From Podarcis bocagei (lineage: Eukaryota), in NCBI GenBank assembly GCA_964188305.1, contig OZ076890.1: DNA of 64,000 bases; one strand, written 5' to 3'. How positions within the stretch are numbered: position 1 is the stretch's first letter; the number at the start of each line of letters is the position of its first letter. Made by a program: the position numbers and the translations under genes. Below, in pieces: positions 62,490 through 64,000 of the stretch. The notes beneath the pieces are model-generated. The model was not told the origin of the DNA and made no database searches. It worked only from the letters and a program-made list of their open reading frames with translations.

Positions 62490-62709
62490 CAGTGGTACCT
62501 CTGGTTGCGGACGGGATCTGTTCCAGAGCTTCGGTCTGATCCCAAGATTTTCACAACTGGAGGTGCCTTGTTCTGCACATGCGCGTGGCACAGTAGAGCG
62601 CTTCTGCGCATGTGCGCACGGCAAAACCCGGAAAAATACTTCCGGGTTTGCCATGTGCGTATCCTGAAGGATACATAACCAGAGGTGCGCGTAAGTTGAG
62701 GTTTCACTG
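62490..62709. mobile_element. Tigger-like MITE, related to family A
   Basis: TA|CAGTGGTACCTC ... GAGGTTTCACTG|TA. Confidence 0.82.
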
Positions 62710-63146
62710 TACTAAGATAAAATAGCTACTTAGCCTAAAAAAGAACAAAGTCAGAAAGAAGATACAGCAAGAAAAGGAGAGGGAAGAAGGAGAAAGTGAA
62801 GAAAATTTGAAAAGAGTAAAAAAAGTAAAAGGACTTCCAGCTCTCTGTTCTGCAGTGGCATGTAATATTCATCCGTTAAAATCCAACCACTCTATGTTCA
62901 ATCTTCAATCTTCAAATCCTAATATTGCCTGTTCATTTTCTCTCTCACACAAACGTCCATGATAAATTTCCAATCCTTGACAAATGTCAGTAATGATTTT
63001 TCTCTAATTAAACATGTTAACTTTGCCATCTCAGCCAGATCCAATAATTTTATCAGCCATTCTTCTATAGCAGGTAGGGCTGTATCTCCATTTTTGTGCA
63101 TGTAGCAGTGTTGGCACTGTAGACATGTACTGGAGTAATCTTCCAT

Positions 63147-63405
63147 AGCCAGTGTGGTGTAGTGGTTAAGAGCGGTAGACTCGTAATCTGGGGAACCGGG
63201 TTCGTGTCCCCGCTCCTCCACATGCAGCTGCTGGAAGACCTTGGGCTAGTCACACTTCTCTGAAGTCTCTCAGCCCCACTCACCTCACAGAGTGTTTGTT
63301 GTGGGGGAGGAAGGGAAAGGAGATTGTTAGCTGCTTTGAGACTCCTTAGGGTAGTGATAAAGCGGGATATCAAATCCAAACTCCTCCTCCTCCTCTTCTT
63401 CTTTT
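63147..63405 (+). mobile_element. tRNA-derived SINE (Squam3-like)
   Basis: Near-identical to 4891-5129; (CTC)n/(CTT)n tail. Confidence 0.87.
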
Positions 63406-63443
63406 CTAACTGTATGTCCAATAACCTTGGCTTCAGTTGAATA

Positions 63444-63694
63444 CAGTGGTACCTTGGCGGTCGAATGCTTTAGTTGTCAAACAAATCGGCTCCCAAATGT
63501 CGGAAACCCAGAAGTGAGTGTTCTGGTTTGCAAACGTTTTTTGGAAGCCAAATGTCTAACACGGCTTCTGAAGCTTCCGGTTGGCTGCAGGAAGCTCCTG
63601 CAGCCAATCAGAAGCCACACCTTGGTTTTTGAACCGTTTTGGGAGTCGAATGGAGTCCCAGAACGGATTAAATTCAAGAACCAAGGTACAGCTG
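63444..63694. mobile_element. Tigger-like MITE, related to family A
   Basis: TA|CAGTGGTACCTTGG ... CCAAGGTACAGCTG|TA. Confidence 0.82.
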
Positions 63695-64000
63695 TATTAA
63701 CCTTTAAAATCTGCTGTATCAATTAGGTATTTGTATCCAATATTTTTTAGCCTTTTTTTACATGTCGACCAGGCATGATAAAAAGTCTCTTCATGTTCTT
63801 GGCATTTACAGCAAACACTTCCAGCAAATTCCTGAATAGTTTCTCAGGACTTAAAGGCCGATACATCACTTTACAAAAATTATCTTTAAGATTGTAACAC
63901 AATTTAAATTTTAGCCCCTTACTCCACATATGCTCCCACTGTTCTATCTGTATTGTATAACAAATAAAATTGCCCACTTAATCATGCATTGTTTAACCTT

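Larger units (their letters stand above)
62410..64000 (-). mobile_element. L1 LINE ORF2 C-terminus and 3' UTR, interrupted by three insertions
   Basis: QWEHMWSKGLKFKLCYNLKDNFCKVMYR and PAIEEWLIKLLDLAEMAKLTCLIREK..FVKDW match the recalled reptile L1 ORF2 C-terminus; runs off the window end. Confidence 0.78.

Overview
This is eukaryotic genomic DNA, not prokaryotic. The repeat content (Sauria SINE, Squam3-type SINE, BovB, CR1, L2, lizard-type L1) points to a squamate reptile, most likely a lacertid lizard; that assignment is inference. The only host coding sequence I can support is one internal exon of CLYBL (citramalyl-CoA lyase, CitE family) at 16836-17025 (+), equivalent to human exon 2. The rest is the end of the upstream intron and about 47 kb of the downstream intron. 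Nearly all ORF-track entries are spurious or are transposon fossils. The introns hold a dense, often nested set of mobile elements: a Tigger/pogo fossil, an Academ-like fossil, Tc1/mariner and hAT MITEs, L1, L2, CR1, BovB and Penelope fragments, SINEs, and a Gypsy LTR with an intact tRNA-Ser primer-binding site. I found no new multi-gene system. The best leads are: (1) an unclassified DNA-element family with 6-bp target duplications that moves as a composite 'end-cargo-unit' carrying captured DNA; (2) a 2.2-kb full-length L1-like element lacking ORF2; (3) the Academ-like fossil; (4) a decayed hammerhead-like motif in a Penelope remnant; (5) repeat-free, motif-rich blocks that may be ZIC5/ZIC2 long-range enhancers. 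Family names come from recalled motifs; no database search was run.
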